Source: Candidatus Heimdallarchaeota archaeon (GTDB lineage: Archaea > Asgardarchaeota > Heimdallarchaeia > Heimdallarchaeales > Kariarchaeaceae). From it: a stretch of 64,000 bases of DNA. The notes under the pieces are model-generated. The model was not told the DNA's origin, searched no databases, and worked only from the letters and a program-made list of their open reading frames with translations. Of this stretch, positions 43,638-53,516 are shown piece after piece (position 1 is the first letter of the stretch; every line of letters starts with the position of its first letter). The stretch lies in the NCBI GenBank assembly GCA_015523565.1, contig WAKA01000056.1, positions 1,861 through 65,860 of the forward strand, in the 5' to 3' direction. The position numbers were made by a program, and so were the translations under genes.

Positions 43638-46600
43638 ATGACACTCCAAGTTCAAAAGGAGAAATTGCCCGACGAAATCATTTCATTGCTTGAAGGAGAT
43701 TATGTAGATAAGTTTTGGCCATACCATGAGCTGATGAAATTCAGGGTTTCTGATATTTTGGTCGTCGCCAGCCTCTATGATGATTTTGTTATGGAAGCAG
43801 ACCAAACCTATTCTGAACAGTTGACAGAAGAATATAGTAGATTAAATATCTCAACACCTCCTCCGCGTATAATAAGAGTTTCAAATACAAAACGTGCCAA
43901 AGAGAAATTGGAGCAGCAACATTTTGATATTGTTATTTTGACTTCAAGGGTGGGTCAGAATCCTTTTGAATTTGGAAAGGAAGTCAAGGAAAAATTTCCT
44001 GGCATTGTTGTTGTTCTTTTGCTTACATCTACTGCGGATATAGCAGGCTTACCCCCTATAGGAAACAGATTGGGGATAGACCATATATTCCTTTATTCAG
44101 GAGACAGTGACATTTTCCTGACAATCATCAAACAGGTTGAGGATCTGAGAAATCTAGAAAGAGACACCAAAGTTGGAAAAGTTCGAATAATCCTTATGGT
44201 TGAGGACACAATCACGTATTATAGTGTTTTCTTGCCAATGATTTACCATTTAATGGTAAAACAAACTAGAAGATTGATAGCAAAAAGTGTAAATCACTTG
44301 CATCGGCAATTATTGGTAAGGGGGAGACCAAAAATCCTTCTTGCAAAGAATTATGAGGAAGCAATGTATTACCTTGACAGGTATGGGGAAAACATATTTG
44401 CCGTTATTTCAGATATTGGTTTTCCCCGTAATGGGGTAAAGGATACTGATGCAGGCATTAAACTAACAAAATATATCAAAGAGAAGTTTCCATTCACTCC
44501 AATTCTGTTGCAGTCTTCAGAAAAATCAAATAAGCAAAAAGCAGACGAGCTTGGAACATTTTTTGTGTATAAGCTTTCTTCCAAATTGCTTAAGGAGCTT
44601 AGCGACTTTTTTGCCAAAATAGGATTTGGCGATTTTGTATTTAGGCTTCCGAATGGACAGGAGGTCGGGAGAGCAAAAAATATTGCAGAGTTTCAGAGAG
44701 TCATAAAGAAAGTGCCTTTGGAGTCAATTCTATACCATGGTGCCAAAAATGATTTCAGCAGGTGGCTTTTTACCCGAAGCGAGTTTGACTTAGCTATTGA
44801 ATTGGAGAAAAAAAGTGTCGAGGATTTTGAAGATGCGGAAGAGATTCGGACATTCCTGATCAACTTCTTTACCAGAACCAGATTTGAAAAAAAGAAAGGG
44901 GTGATTAGTGAATTTGATCCTGAAGAATTCTCAACGGCACCATTCAGTAGAATAGGCAATGGCTCACTTGGAGGAAAGGGAAGAGGATTGGCTTTTGTTT
45001 CATCTGTTTTGGAGAAAACAAATGAATATTTCAGACAAAAATACCCGAATGTTGAAATCAAAGTACCAAATACTTTGGTCATATCCACAGATATGTTTGA
45101 CAAATTTTTGGAACAGAACAATTTAGAGGATTATGTTCTTGATGATACAACCACAACAGAGGATATTGTCCGAATTTTCTTGGAAAAACCTTTGCCAAAA
45201 GAGCTTAAAAAAGCAATACGTTCATATGCCAAGACAATTAAAAAGCCAATTGCAGTCAGAAGCTCTAGTCTTTTGGAGGACAGTCAATTTCAACCTTTTG
45301 CAGGAATTTATGAAACATTTCTTCTGCCAAACATCGCAAAAAAAACAAAACAACGTGCTGAAGAAATAGAGAAGACAATAAAACTGATTTATGCATCAAC
45401 TTATAGTACAACCGCAAAATCATATATCAGGACTATCGGACAAAAAATTGAAATCGAAAAAATGGCTGTAATACTTCAACAGGTGGTGGGGAGGGTACAT
45501 GAAAACAGGTTATACCCCTCTTTGTCAGGAGTTGCCCAATCCTATAACTATTATCCAATTGCACCTGCAACTTCAGAAGACGGAATCGTTCACTTGGCAA
45601 TTGGATTGGGGCCATCAATCACGGCAGGGAGGAAATATCTTTCATTCTCCCCAAAATACCCAAAAAGATTGGTACAACATTATTCTGTTGAATCTTCACT
45701 CAAAAATTCGCAAACTGAATTTTTCGCATTGAAGCTTGACCAAGATTATGATTTGACAACAGGAGAATTGGCAACATTGTCCCTCTGTGATCTGGAAGTG
45801 GCGGAAAAAGACAATGAACTTATTTGGTCAGCGGCAACTGTGGATATCCAAAATTATAGAATCTTGGATGGAGTCAGAGGTGAGGGACCAAGGGTCATTA
45901 CTTTTCCGTTTCTCTTGAAATATGAAAAGTTCCAGTTCAGCAAACTTTTGTCCGAATTGCTTCAACTTTGGAAAACAGCATTCGGATGCGAGGTAGAAAT
46001 GGAGTTTTCCGTTAATCTTGATTATTCCAACAATAATCATGAATTTTATATCTTGCAGGTTCGACCATTGATAACTGAAATTACACCAATCCAAGTGGAC
46101 CTTTCGGTTTATTCGAAAGAGGACATTGTTATTCTTGCAGAAAAAGCCTTGGGGAATGGAATTTTCACAAATCTGAATGACGTCATTGTTGTCCCGCCAG
46201 ACAAATTTAACCAAACCTTAACCTTGAACATTAAACAGGAGATTGGAAGGTTCAATGAAAAGCTCAAGAAAATGGGTGTAAATTATTTATTGATTGGACC
46301 TGGAAGATGGGGGACTTCAGACCCATTTTTGGGAATCCCAGTCAGATGGGAAGAAATTGAAAATGCAGACATAATCGTTGAATACGGTTTGCCCAATTTT
46401 CAAATAGACCCTTCGTATGGGTCTCATTTCTTTCTGAATATCACCAGTACCCGAAAGGCCTATTTTTCCATACCGGCAAATGGACCAGGATGGATCGACT
46501 GGGATTGGCTGAAAAAAATTGAGCCAGAAGAGGAAGGAGAGTTCGTGATCCACTATCACCTTAAAAATCCATTGAAGACAATTGTGAATGGAAAAGAAAG

Positions 46601-46655
46601 TAAAGGAGTTGTCCTCAAACCAGATGTGGAAATTGAAGAAACAACCATTTTGTGA
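43638..46655 (+). CDS. Multidomain protein: receiver-like domain, response-regulator receiver, and a PEP/pyruvate-binding (PPDK_N, pyruvate-water-dikinase-like ATP-grasp) domain
   Basis: The first REC-like region contains ILVVASLYDDF...FDIVILTS. The second contains RIILMVEDT...FAVISDIGFPRNG...PILLQSS. The PPDK_N signature is IGNGSLGGKGRGLAFV...VRSSSLLEDS. I saw no phosphohistidine swivel or PEP-utilising C-terminal domain. Confidence 0.7.
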   Translation: MTLQVQKEKLPDEIISLLEGDYVDKFWPYHELMKFRVSDILVVASLYDDFVMEADQTYSEQLTEEYSRLNISTPPPRIIRVSNTKRAKEKLEQQHFDIVILTSRVGQNPFEFGKEVKEKFPGIVVVLLLTSTADIAGLPPIGNRLGIDHIFLYSGDSDIFLTIIKQVEDLRNLERDTKVGKVRIILMVEDTITYYSVFLPMIYHLMVKQTRRLIAKSVNHLHRQLLVRGRPKILLAKNYEEAMYYLDRYGENIFAVISDIGFPRNGVKDTDAGIKLTKYIKEKFPFTPILLQSSEKSNKQKADELGTFFVYKLSSKLLKELSDFFAKIGFGDFVFRLPNGQEVGRAKNIAEFQRVIKKVPLESILYHGAKNDFSRWLFTRSEFDLAIELEKKSVEDFEDAEEIRTFLINFFTRTRFEKKKGVISEFDPEEFSTAPFSRIGNGSLGGKGRGLAFVSSVLEKTNEYFRQKYPNVEIKVPNTLVISTDMFDKFLEQNNLEDYVLDDTTTTEDIVRIFLEKPLPKELKKAIRSYAKTIKKPIAVRSSSLLEDSQFQPFAGIYETFLLPNIAKKTKQRAEEIEKTIKLIYASTYSTTAKSYIRTIGQKIEIEKMAVILQQVVGRVHENRLYPSLSGVAQSYNYYPIAPATSEDGIVHLAIGLGPSITAGRKYLSFSPKYPKRLVQHYSVESSLKNSQTEFFALKLDQDYDLTTGELATLSLCDLEVAEKDNELIWSAATVDIQNYRILDGVRGEGPRVITFPFLLKYEKFQFSKLLSELLQLWKTAFGCEVEMEFSVNLDYSNNNHEFYILQVRPLITEITPIQVDLSVYSKEDIVILAEKALGNGIFTNLNDVIVVPPDKFNQTLTLNIKQEIGRFNEKLKKMGVNYLLIGPGRWGTSDPFLGIPVRWEEIENADIIVEYGLPNFQIDPSYGSHFFLNITSTRKAYFSIPANGPGWIDWDWLKKIEPEEEGEFVIHYHLKNPLKTIVNGKESKGVVLKPDVEIEETTIL

Positions 46656-46865
46656 AAAGAAATGTTTAATTAACAAAAAAAGAAACATCCATTGACAAGG
46701 TGATTAGTATAGTCAATCAATATAGCAAATAACGAAAAAAAGACAAAAACAGCGAATTTTGGATTCCAGAATAATTATTCCCCCTTAAGGATAGAGCAAT
46801 CAATCCTTGAATTATGGAAGAAAGAAGAAGCATTCAGGATTGATCATTCTTGGGATCCTGAAACA

Positions 46866-49121
46866 ATGTATATCATCGATACACCACCACCATACACCAA
46901 CGCAAATTGGCACATGGGCAATGCACTGCATTATGCACAAATCGATATGATAGCTAGGGCTATGAGACTATTGGGGAAGAAGGTATATTTTCCAATGGGT
47001 CTTGACAGAAATGGTTTGCCAATTGAAATTGCCGCTGAAAAGGAATTCAAGGTGAACATGCATGAAATTCCTCGTGAAATATTTTTGGATTATTGTAAGC
47101 AAATTCTAGATAGATTGGCAGACAAGACCCTAGACATTGCGAAGAGACTTGGATTAAGTTGTAACTCCTTTAAGTGGGAAAACATTTATCTTACAGATTC
47201 CCCAAAATATCGGGCATTGACCCAAAAAAGCTTTGTGGAGCTATGGGAAAAAGGGTTGATCTATGAGGCAGATAAACCAACCAATTGGGACATTAAACTG
47301 CAAACTTCAATTTCCGATGCTGAAATTGAGTACAAGCAGTCAATGCATGAACTTTATGAAATAGAGTTTCAAGTAAAGGAAACTCAGGAAATACATGCAT
47401 TTGCCACAACCAGACCTGAACTGTTACCTGCCATCCAATTGATCATTTTCAATCCTGACGATGAAAGATATCAGCATCTAAATGGGAAAACTGCTAAAAT
47501 CCCAATCTTCAATAAAGAAACCAAAATTGTTGCAAACCAAAATGCCCAGAAAGAATTTGGAACTGGATTGGTTCAAATTTGTTCTTTTGGAGATACAACA
47601 GACATCCGTATTCTTAGGGAATTAGGAATCCAAGCAGAATATGCAATTTCCCCAGATGGAACAATGACAGATTTAGCAGGTCCATATCAAGGACTTACCA
47701 TTGCGGAAGCTCGTAAAAGAATTGTTCAGGACTTGCACAAGATAGGGAAAATAAGAAAGATTTCAATGGTTGAATACCGACAACCCATTTCAGAACGGTC
47801 TGGAGCGCCAATCGAATTCATTGGAATGAGAGAATTCTATCTCAAACAAATCAAGTTCACTGAGATTCTCAAAAGATATGCCGAGCAAACATCTTTTTTC
47901 CCAAAGAAAAACAGGCAGTTATGGTTGGATTGGCTTAATGGCATCAAAGAAGATTGGTGCATAAGCAGAAGAAGATTCTATGGAACTGAAGTACCCATTT
48001 GGTATTGTTCCAAATGCCATGAACCGCATCTCCCAAAAGACGGGGCATATCATAAGCCATGGCAGGAACCAGCCCCATTTGAGAAATGTCGAAAATGCAA
48101 CTCCACGGAATTTTACGGCGATACACGAACATTGGATACTTGGATGGATTCATCAATCAGTGCACTTTACATTGTTTTGTACCCTTTCAACAAAGAAAAC
48201 AAGAAATTTCTTGAGTTTTCAATAAATAGGGGTTATCTTGCAGATTTGAGACCTCAAGGGAAGGACATTGTCAGAACATGGTTGCACTTTTCCTTTTTGA
48301 GAATCCATCAACTGCTTGAAATTCCTGCATTTAAGCATACATGGATTTCTGGACATATTGTTTCCGAAAAAGGAGAAAAGATGTCGAAACGGAAGAAAAA
48401 TGCAGTTGACCCTAAAGAATACCTGCAAAAATATGGAGCCGACGCATTACGGCTGTTTGTTGCATTTGAAGCTTTGAACGGCTCAGACATCAGATTTTCA
48501 GAGAAGAGAGTCATAAGTGCTTCAAAGTTCCTGAGGAAGATTTTCAACTTGGCCAATTATACAAGAAAATTCGATATACCTCAGGATTATGTATTGCTCC
48601 CATCAGATCATTGGATATTGCATGAATTGAATTCATTGATTGAAAAGACAAGAAAGAATTATCAAGAATTAGAATTTCAGCCAGTGATGAGAAGCTTGAA
48701 ATCATTCACAATAGAGATTTTCGCGTCCCATTACATTGAATTAAGTAAGGCACGTGCTTACAACAACCAAGGCTTGTTCTCAGACCTAGAGACCAAGGGC
48801 GCACGCTGGACCTTATGGAAAGTATTGGAAACATTATTGATTATCCTTTCGCCAGTGGCACCATTCATAACAGACTACCTATTTAGAGTTCTGAGAAATC
48901 AAAGTGTCTTTGCCCAAAAATTCCCACGAAACATAGAAACTGATTCGAGATATGCAAAAATGGGATCAAGACTCCTAGAATTCAATTCAATGATTTGGCA
49001 AATGAAAAAGACCATGAAATTACCTCTCAACAGTCCAATCAGTGATGTAACAATTCCTGGAGACCTAAAACCATTTGAAAGAGATTTGTTGGCAATGCAC
49101 AAGATTGAGTTTTGCGTTTAG
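46866..49121 (+). CDS. valS: Valyl-tRNA synthetase (archaeal type); the true N-terminus is probably upstream of the first ATG
   Basis: IDTPPPYTNANWHMGNALHYAQIDMIARAMRLLGKKVYFPMGLDRNGLPIE matches the archaeal ValRS catalytic core. The TTRPE block and a GTGLVQICSFGD editing-domain segment are present, along with KMSKRKKN (KMSKS). The in-frame upstream sequence encodes the conserved NYSPLRIEQSILELW peptide. Confidence 0.8.
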   Translation: MYIIDTPPPYTNANWHMGNALHYAQIDMIARAMRLLGKKVYFPMGLDRNGLPIEIAAEKEFKVNMHEIPREIFLDYCKQILDRLADKTLDIAKRLGLSCNSFKWENIYLTDSPKYRALTQKSFVELWEKGLIYEADKPTNWDIKLQTSISDAEIEYKQSMHELYEIEFQVKETQEIHAFATTRPELLPAIQLIIFNPDDERYQHLNGKTAKIPIFNKETKIVANQNAQKEFGTGLVQICSFGDTTDIRILRELGIQAEYAISPDGTMTDLAGPYQGLTIAEARKRIVQDLHKIGKIRKISMVEYRQPISERSGAPIEFIGMREFYLKQIKFTEILKRYAEQTSFFPKKNRQLWLDWLNGIKEDWCISRRRFYGTEVPIWYCSKCHEPHLPKDGAYHKPWQEPAPFEKCRKCNSTEFYGDTRTLDTWMDSSISALYIVLYPFNKENKKFLEFSINRGYLADLRPQGKDIVRTWLHFSFLRIHQLLEIPAFKHTWISGHIVSEKGEKMSKRKKNAVDPKEYLQKYGADALRLFVAFEALNGSDIRFSEKRVISASKFLRKIFNLANYTRKFDIPQDYVLLPSDHWILHELNSLIEKTRKNYQELEFQPVMRSLKSFTIEIFASHYIELSKARAYNNQGLFSDLETKGARWTLWKVLETLLIILSPVAPFITDYLFRVLRNQSVFAQKFPRNIETDSRYAKMGSRLLEFNSMIWQMKKTMKLPLNSPISDVTIPGDLKPFERDLLAMHKIEFCV

Positions 49122-49692
49122 GGATTGTTAAATGCAAATCTTTTCAAGAAAAAGAATACCTGAGATAGAAACATTTATTTTATGAGTATTAAAGGACAAA
49201 TAGGGAGTATTTTTTGAACAGATATGTTTTATAAAAAAATAATTTGAAATAACCTCGTTTGGACACTAATAAACCATTGTATGTAAAATTAAGAAAATTT
49301 CATTTAACGAAATGTAAGTATATATTACACTACATCCCAGACAATTCCAGAAAAAATCTGGAAAATGAAAATATAGTGAAAAATCAAATTTTGAGGGATA
49401 TATAATTGGAATTTAAGGACAAGACGTTGACCTTGGGGATAAAAACGATGTACCTTAAGAATTCTTGAAGAAGACAATTAAACGATACTTTCCTATAGGA
49501 TATTGTAAGATATTTGGCACCAAAATCGATACGATTATCGGATGGCAAATCAATTTCTTGAAAAATTAGGTCATCCCCTAGTTCGATTTTTCTTTGAGAA
49601 GAAACGTTTTTTCAATAAAATTTTACAACTATGGAACAGATGTTGCTTTTTTTGGAAGAATTATTTAGCTTTAATTCGATGACAGCAATTAG

Positions 49693-49700
49693 ATATAAAT
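49693..49700 (+). promoter_or_regulatory. TATA-box-like element about 31-38 nt upstream of the surface-protein ATG (would give a very short leader)
   Basis: ATATAAAT at 49693-49700 precedes the ATG at 49731. This rests on sequence pattern only. Confidence 0.25.
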
Positions 49701-49730
49701 ACTGTTTATGTTTTGGTCAAATGGGATACT

Positions 49731-50942
49731 ATGAAGATCCGCGCATACACTATCTCATGGTTACTTATTGCTTTCATGTTTATGGCAGCAGGCTCATATG
49801 CAGTTGCCGCTGACGTGAAAACACAAGATGATGGAGTTAAAATTGCTTATTTTGATAACTCCACAAGAGATTTCAGTGTAGACATCACTTTCGTGGGTAC
49901 AACCACATTACCAGGCGACGACCTTGGTGTTGACGGTTCAGAAGGTGGAATGGATGTCTACAACTATGTAACAAACACTGCTGTTCCATTTGTGAACGTG
50001 AAGTTCAACTATTCTGGTTTGATAACTGTCAATGGGTCTGACGCAGCAGGACAAGCGTTTGTCATAAGCAACAACTTCTTCAAAATGGCTACATCTGGAC
50101 TTGAATGGACATCCTCTGGGTTTGGAGTTCCTCTGAAACAGGGTGACAATTTCATTTCAGTCCTTTATATTGCTGTTGACGACAATGGTGCTTTTTCATA
50201 TGCATATGACACTGTTATCGTTAGAGTAAGAAGCTCCGATGCAGACTTGTCAAATGTTCCTACATACAAGTCATTCCCAGTTGATTTTGGATTTGTTGAC
50301 GAAGCAGTTAATGCAACAACATATCCATTGGACTATCCAGCATATGATTATAATGATCCTGTGATGGACTTGAGCTTCACATCAAATGGAACAGATATGG
50401 GTGGTCAAACATTCGGTACAAGCGCACTTGCATCCACTGGTGTTGATGTATCTGGAATGGTAAACAGTACAGGTACTGTCGCAATCGATGCAGATCAACT
50501 CAATGGTACAGATGCCGTTGAAGGAATGAGCTTCTTTGTTGATGATTATGGTATCCATCCAATAGCAAGTGGAGCAAATGCAACCTTCAAGACATATGCA
50601 AGCTCAAGCGATGCACAAATTGGAGGTGAATCCTACTTCGGAATTGCAACATTTGCACCAAATGGTATTTTCACCTTTGATTATGAGAGCTCTGACGCTG
50701 AGGCAACCTATTTCTCAGAATTTGGAGCATCTGTTGCTGACACCTCATTCTTTGTCGTTGATGAAACAGTTGTATCGACAACAGTCACAGAGACCAGTGT
50801 TACATCTGTTGTATCAAACATTACAGAAACAGTCAATGAGACAACAACAGTGCAACAAAACCCAATCAATGCATTTGCAGTTGGTTTTGCAATCTTTTCA
50901 ATGACCTTTGTCACATATGTGATCCGTAGAAAAGAAGAGTAA
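49731..50942 (+). CDS. Secreted, C-terminally anchored surface glycoprotein candidate (S-layer-like architecture)
   Basis: I prefer the ATG at 49731 (MKIRAYTISWLLIAFMFMAAGSYAVAADV, a signal peptide). The body is acidic and rich in Thr, Ser and Val, with about 10 N-x-S/T sequons. A Thr-rich stalk (TVVSTTVTETSVTSVVSNITETVNETTT) precedes a TM helix and an RRKEE tail. Confidence 0.65.
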   Translation: MKIRAYTISWLLIAFMFMAAGSYAVAADVKTQDDGVKIAYFDNSTRDFSVDITFVGTTTLPGDDLGVDGSEGGMDVYNYVTNTAVPFVNVKFNYSGLITVNGSDAAGQAFVISNNFFKMATSGLEWTSSGFGVPLKQGDNFISVLYIAVDDNGAFSYAYDTVIVRVRSSDADLSNVPTYKSFPVDFGFVDEAVNATTYPLDYPAYDYNDPVMDLSFTSNGTDMGGQTFGTSALASTGVDVSGMVNSTGTVAIDADQLNGTDAVEGMSFFVDDYGIHPIASGANATFKTYASSSDAQIGGESYFGIATFAPNGIFTFDYESSDAEATYFSEFGASVADTSFFVVDETVVSTTVTETSVTSVVSNITETVNETTTVQQNPINAFAVGFAIFSMTFVTYVIRRKEE

Positions 50943-51046
50943 TTTGCATAAATCAATTATACAAAAATAATTTCAGTTTTAATTAACAGGGTAATATACA
51001 TATTTATTAAAGGAAACAGGAATCACTATTTACTAGAGGCACTTCC

Positions 51047-51538
51047 ATGTCAGGAATGAAGATTACAAAGCCAGATGGAACAGTTGTGGAGATAGACAAG
51101 AGTATGCTCAAGTCACTTTCTCCAGAACAACTAACGGCTTTGATTTCTTCATTGACACAGCCAGTGCAGACACAGGTTCCAAGTAAGCCACAAGAACCAG
51201 CTACAAAAATCTTGCGTACACCAGAAGAAATTTGGAATAGTGGAAAGCGTGAAAGAGTTGGATTGTTTTTGGCAAATCAATATGCAGTTGGAGTGGTTTT
51301 GGAAACAACAGACATCCATAGGGATTGGATGGAAAGTCTTGTGTCCAAAAATTATGATCTTTATATAGAAAAATCACATTTGACCCAATATTTGACACGT
51401 CTTGCTGAAATGGGCTATCTCAAGAAAGAGAAAATACAGGGACGAGGCATTCGTTGGACAATCCTGCAAAAACTCCATGATGATTACCCACAAGTGCCAA
51501 TAGAGAACTTTCACAAGATTGCATTGGAAATTACATAG
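51047..51538 (+). CDS. Hypothetical protein with a possible C-terminal winged-helix domain
   Basis: [25 protein letters not shown] looks like a wHTH recognition helix followed by a wing. The assignment is weak. Confidence 0.4.
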   Translation: MSGMKITKPDGTVVEIDKSMLKSLSPEQLTALISSLTQPVQTQVPSKPQEPATKILRTPEEIWNSGKRERVGLFLANQYAVGVVLETTDIHRDWMESLVSKNYDLYIEKSHLTQYLTRLAEMGYLKKEKIQGRGIRWTILQKLHDDYPQVPIENFHKIALEIT

Positions 51539-53096
51539 GCATGTTTGCATGTTTTTTGGGAGGGACATGTTCTCTTTTGCTAAGGGTGAAATTCAAAGCC
51601 TTGATAAGCACTTCACGAGTTTCTTCTGGGAAAATGACGCCATCAATAAGTCCAAGTTCTGCCGCCACATATGGGTTTGAAAACTGTTCCTCATACGATT
51701 TGATCAATTCCTGTCTTTTCTTGTCGGGATTGGAGGCGGAAGAGATTTCTTTTCTGAAAATTATATTTGCCGCACCTTTAGCCCCCATAACCGCGATTTC
51801 TGCGGTAGGCCATGCAAACACCTGGTCAGCACCAGAATGTCTACTTCCAAGAACATCATAAGCACCTCCAAAATCTTTTCTGAGAATTATTGTCAATTTG
51901 GGAACAATTGCTTCACAATAGGCATACAAGAGCTTTGCACCATGACGGATAATGCCACCAAACTCTTGGTCTGAACCAGGGAGAAAACCTGGAACATCAA
52001 CAAAAGTTATAACTGGGATATTGAATGCATCACAAAATCTAATGAAACGGGCGGCCTTATCTGAGGCGTTTATATCTAAGGCGCCTGCCATAATTTTTGG
52101 CTGGTTGGCAACTATTCCAACAGGATAACCATCCAATCTAGCAAAACCGACAACAATGTTTTGTGCATATTCTTTTTGAACTTCAAAAAATGAATGATGG
52201 TCAACAACACGAGTAATAACATCCTTTACGTCAAATGGTTTGTTTGGGTTGTCTGGAATAATGTCCCTAAGTTCCATCGGGTCAGTTGGAGGAGCAACAG
52301 GAGCAGATCGGGGGGGATCTGACAGGTTGTTTTGTGGAATGTATTCCAATAGTTTGCGAATATATGCAAGGGCAACTTCTTCATTTGGTGCCCTGAAATG
52401 AGCTACACCGCTGGTCTTATTGTGCGTCTGTGCACCACCCAATTCTTCAAAGCTTATTTCCTCGCCAGTGACTTCCTTGACAACATTGGGACCAGTTATG
52501 AACATGTAGCTGGAATTTTCAACCATGATAATGAAATCAGTCAAGGCGGGGGAGTAAACGGCACCACCAGCACATGGACCCATGATAACAGAAATTTGTG
52601 GAATGACCCCTGAAGCCAAGACATTTGCCCTGAAGATTTTTCCATAACCTGCTAAAGAGGCAACCCCCTCTTGAATTCGTGCACCTCCAGAATCATTCAA
52701 TCCGATAATCGGCAAACCATTTTTCATGGCAAAGTCCATGATCTTCAATATCTTTTCTGCATGCATTTCTCCCAACGCACCCCCGAAAACAGTGAAATCT
52801 TGGGCAAAAATACAGACTTTCCTTCCATTTATTGTGCCATAACCAGTGACAACCCCATCACCCAATATTTTTTTCTTGTCCATTCCAAATGCATTAGTTC
52901 GGTGAACAACAAATTTGTCCATTTCCACAAATGAGTTGCTGTCCAACAATGTCTCAATTCTTTCCCTTGCAGTCATTTTGCCCTTATTGTGTTGTGCCTC
53001 AATTCTCTTTTCACCGCCACCCAGTTCAGCAAGGAGGTTTTTCTCTTTCAAGACCTCAAATTTTTCTTCCTTGTTCACATGATAGGGGATTATCAC
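51531..53096 (-). CDS. Acyl-CoA carboxylase carboxyltransferase subunit (propionyl-CoA carboxylase beta / methylmalonyl-CoA decarboxylase alpha family)
   Basis: It matches over the full length: [50 protein letters not shown] and [10 protein letters not shown]. Confidence 0.9.
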   Translation of the reverse strand: MIIPYHVNKEEKFEVLKEKNLLAELGGGEKRIEAQHNKGKMTARERIETLLDSNSFVEMDKFVVHRTNAFGMDKKKILGDGVVTGYGTINGRKVCIFAQDFTVFGGALGEMHAEKILKIMDFAMKNGLPIIGLNDSGGARIQEGVASLAGYGKIFRANVLASGVIPQISVIMGPCAGGAVYSPALTDFIIMVENSSYMFITGPNVVKEVTGEEISFEELGGAQTHNKTSGVAHFRAPNEEVALAYIRKLLEYIPQNNLSDPPRSAPVAPPTDPMELRDIIPDNPNKPFDVKDVITRVVDHHSFFEVQKEYAQNIVVGFARLDGYPVGIVANQPKIMAGALDINASDKAARFIRFCDAFNIPVITFVDVPGFLPGSDQEFGGIIRHGAKLLYAYCEAIVPKLTIILRKDFGGAYDVLGSRHSGADQVFAWPTAEIAVMGAKGAANIIFRKEISSASNPDKKRQELIKSYEEQFSNPYVAAELGLIDGVIFPEETREVLIKALNFTLSKREHVPPKKHANMPM

Positions 53097-53179
53097 TTAG
53101 AAAAAAAGATTGCCAAATAAGCATGCACATTAGTTGTACAGGAACAAATATTCATTAGGAAACAAATCATGTTTGTCAT

Positions 53180-53470
53180 GTGGTAACAGTCACCATCGAA
53201 ATTCACAGGTCTTTGAGGAAAGCAGAGGATCCAAAAGAATATGTTGTGGAAGTCAATGAATCCGACAGGACACTAGGAGAGATTATCGCAGAAGCCCTTT
53301 CGACACATCCAGAAATAAAAGATGAAGTATTAGATGGCACAAAATCCAAGCCTGGAATTTTATATATTGCCAACAAAACGGAATTGAGAAGCTTGGGGAT
53401 TGTAGATACGCCATTCAATCCTGATGAGGACTTGAAACTCAAGATAGTGCCTGTTTTACACGGGGGATGA
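53180..53470 (+). CDS. Urm1-like ubiquitin-related modifier / sulfur-carrier beta-grasp protein ending in Gly-Gly
   Basis: The 96-aa ORF has a GTG start. Its C-terminal half, KPGILYIANKTELRSLG...DEDLKLKIVPVLHGG*, parallels the Urm1 signature (RPGIxxLINDxDWELxG...DGDxIxFxSTLHGG*). Confidence 0.7.
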   Translation: MVTVTIEIHRSLRKAEDPKEYVVEVNESDRTLGEIIAEALSTHPEIKDEVLDGTKSKPGILYIANKTELRSLGIVDTPFNPDEDLKLKIVPVLHGG

Positions 53471-53516
53471 ACATAAGGAAAAGACTAAAACAGGTCGGGA
53501 TTGTCTCTTAATTGGA

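Noticed and set aside
49560-49600. A tRNA-like T-loop string (cctaGTTCGAttttt) in the long intergenic region
   Set aside because: No complementary T-stem, acceptor stem or anticodon arm can be drawn around it, and the local sequence is AT-rich without cloverleaf potential.
49631-49813. A 60-aa ORF, and the TTG-extended start at 49713, upstream of the surface protein
   Set aside because: The ATG at 49731 yields a textbook signal peptide directly at the N-terminus. The extension and the overlapping small ORF have no support.
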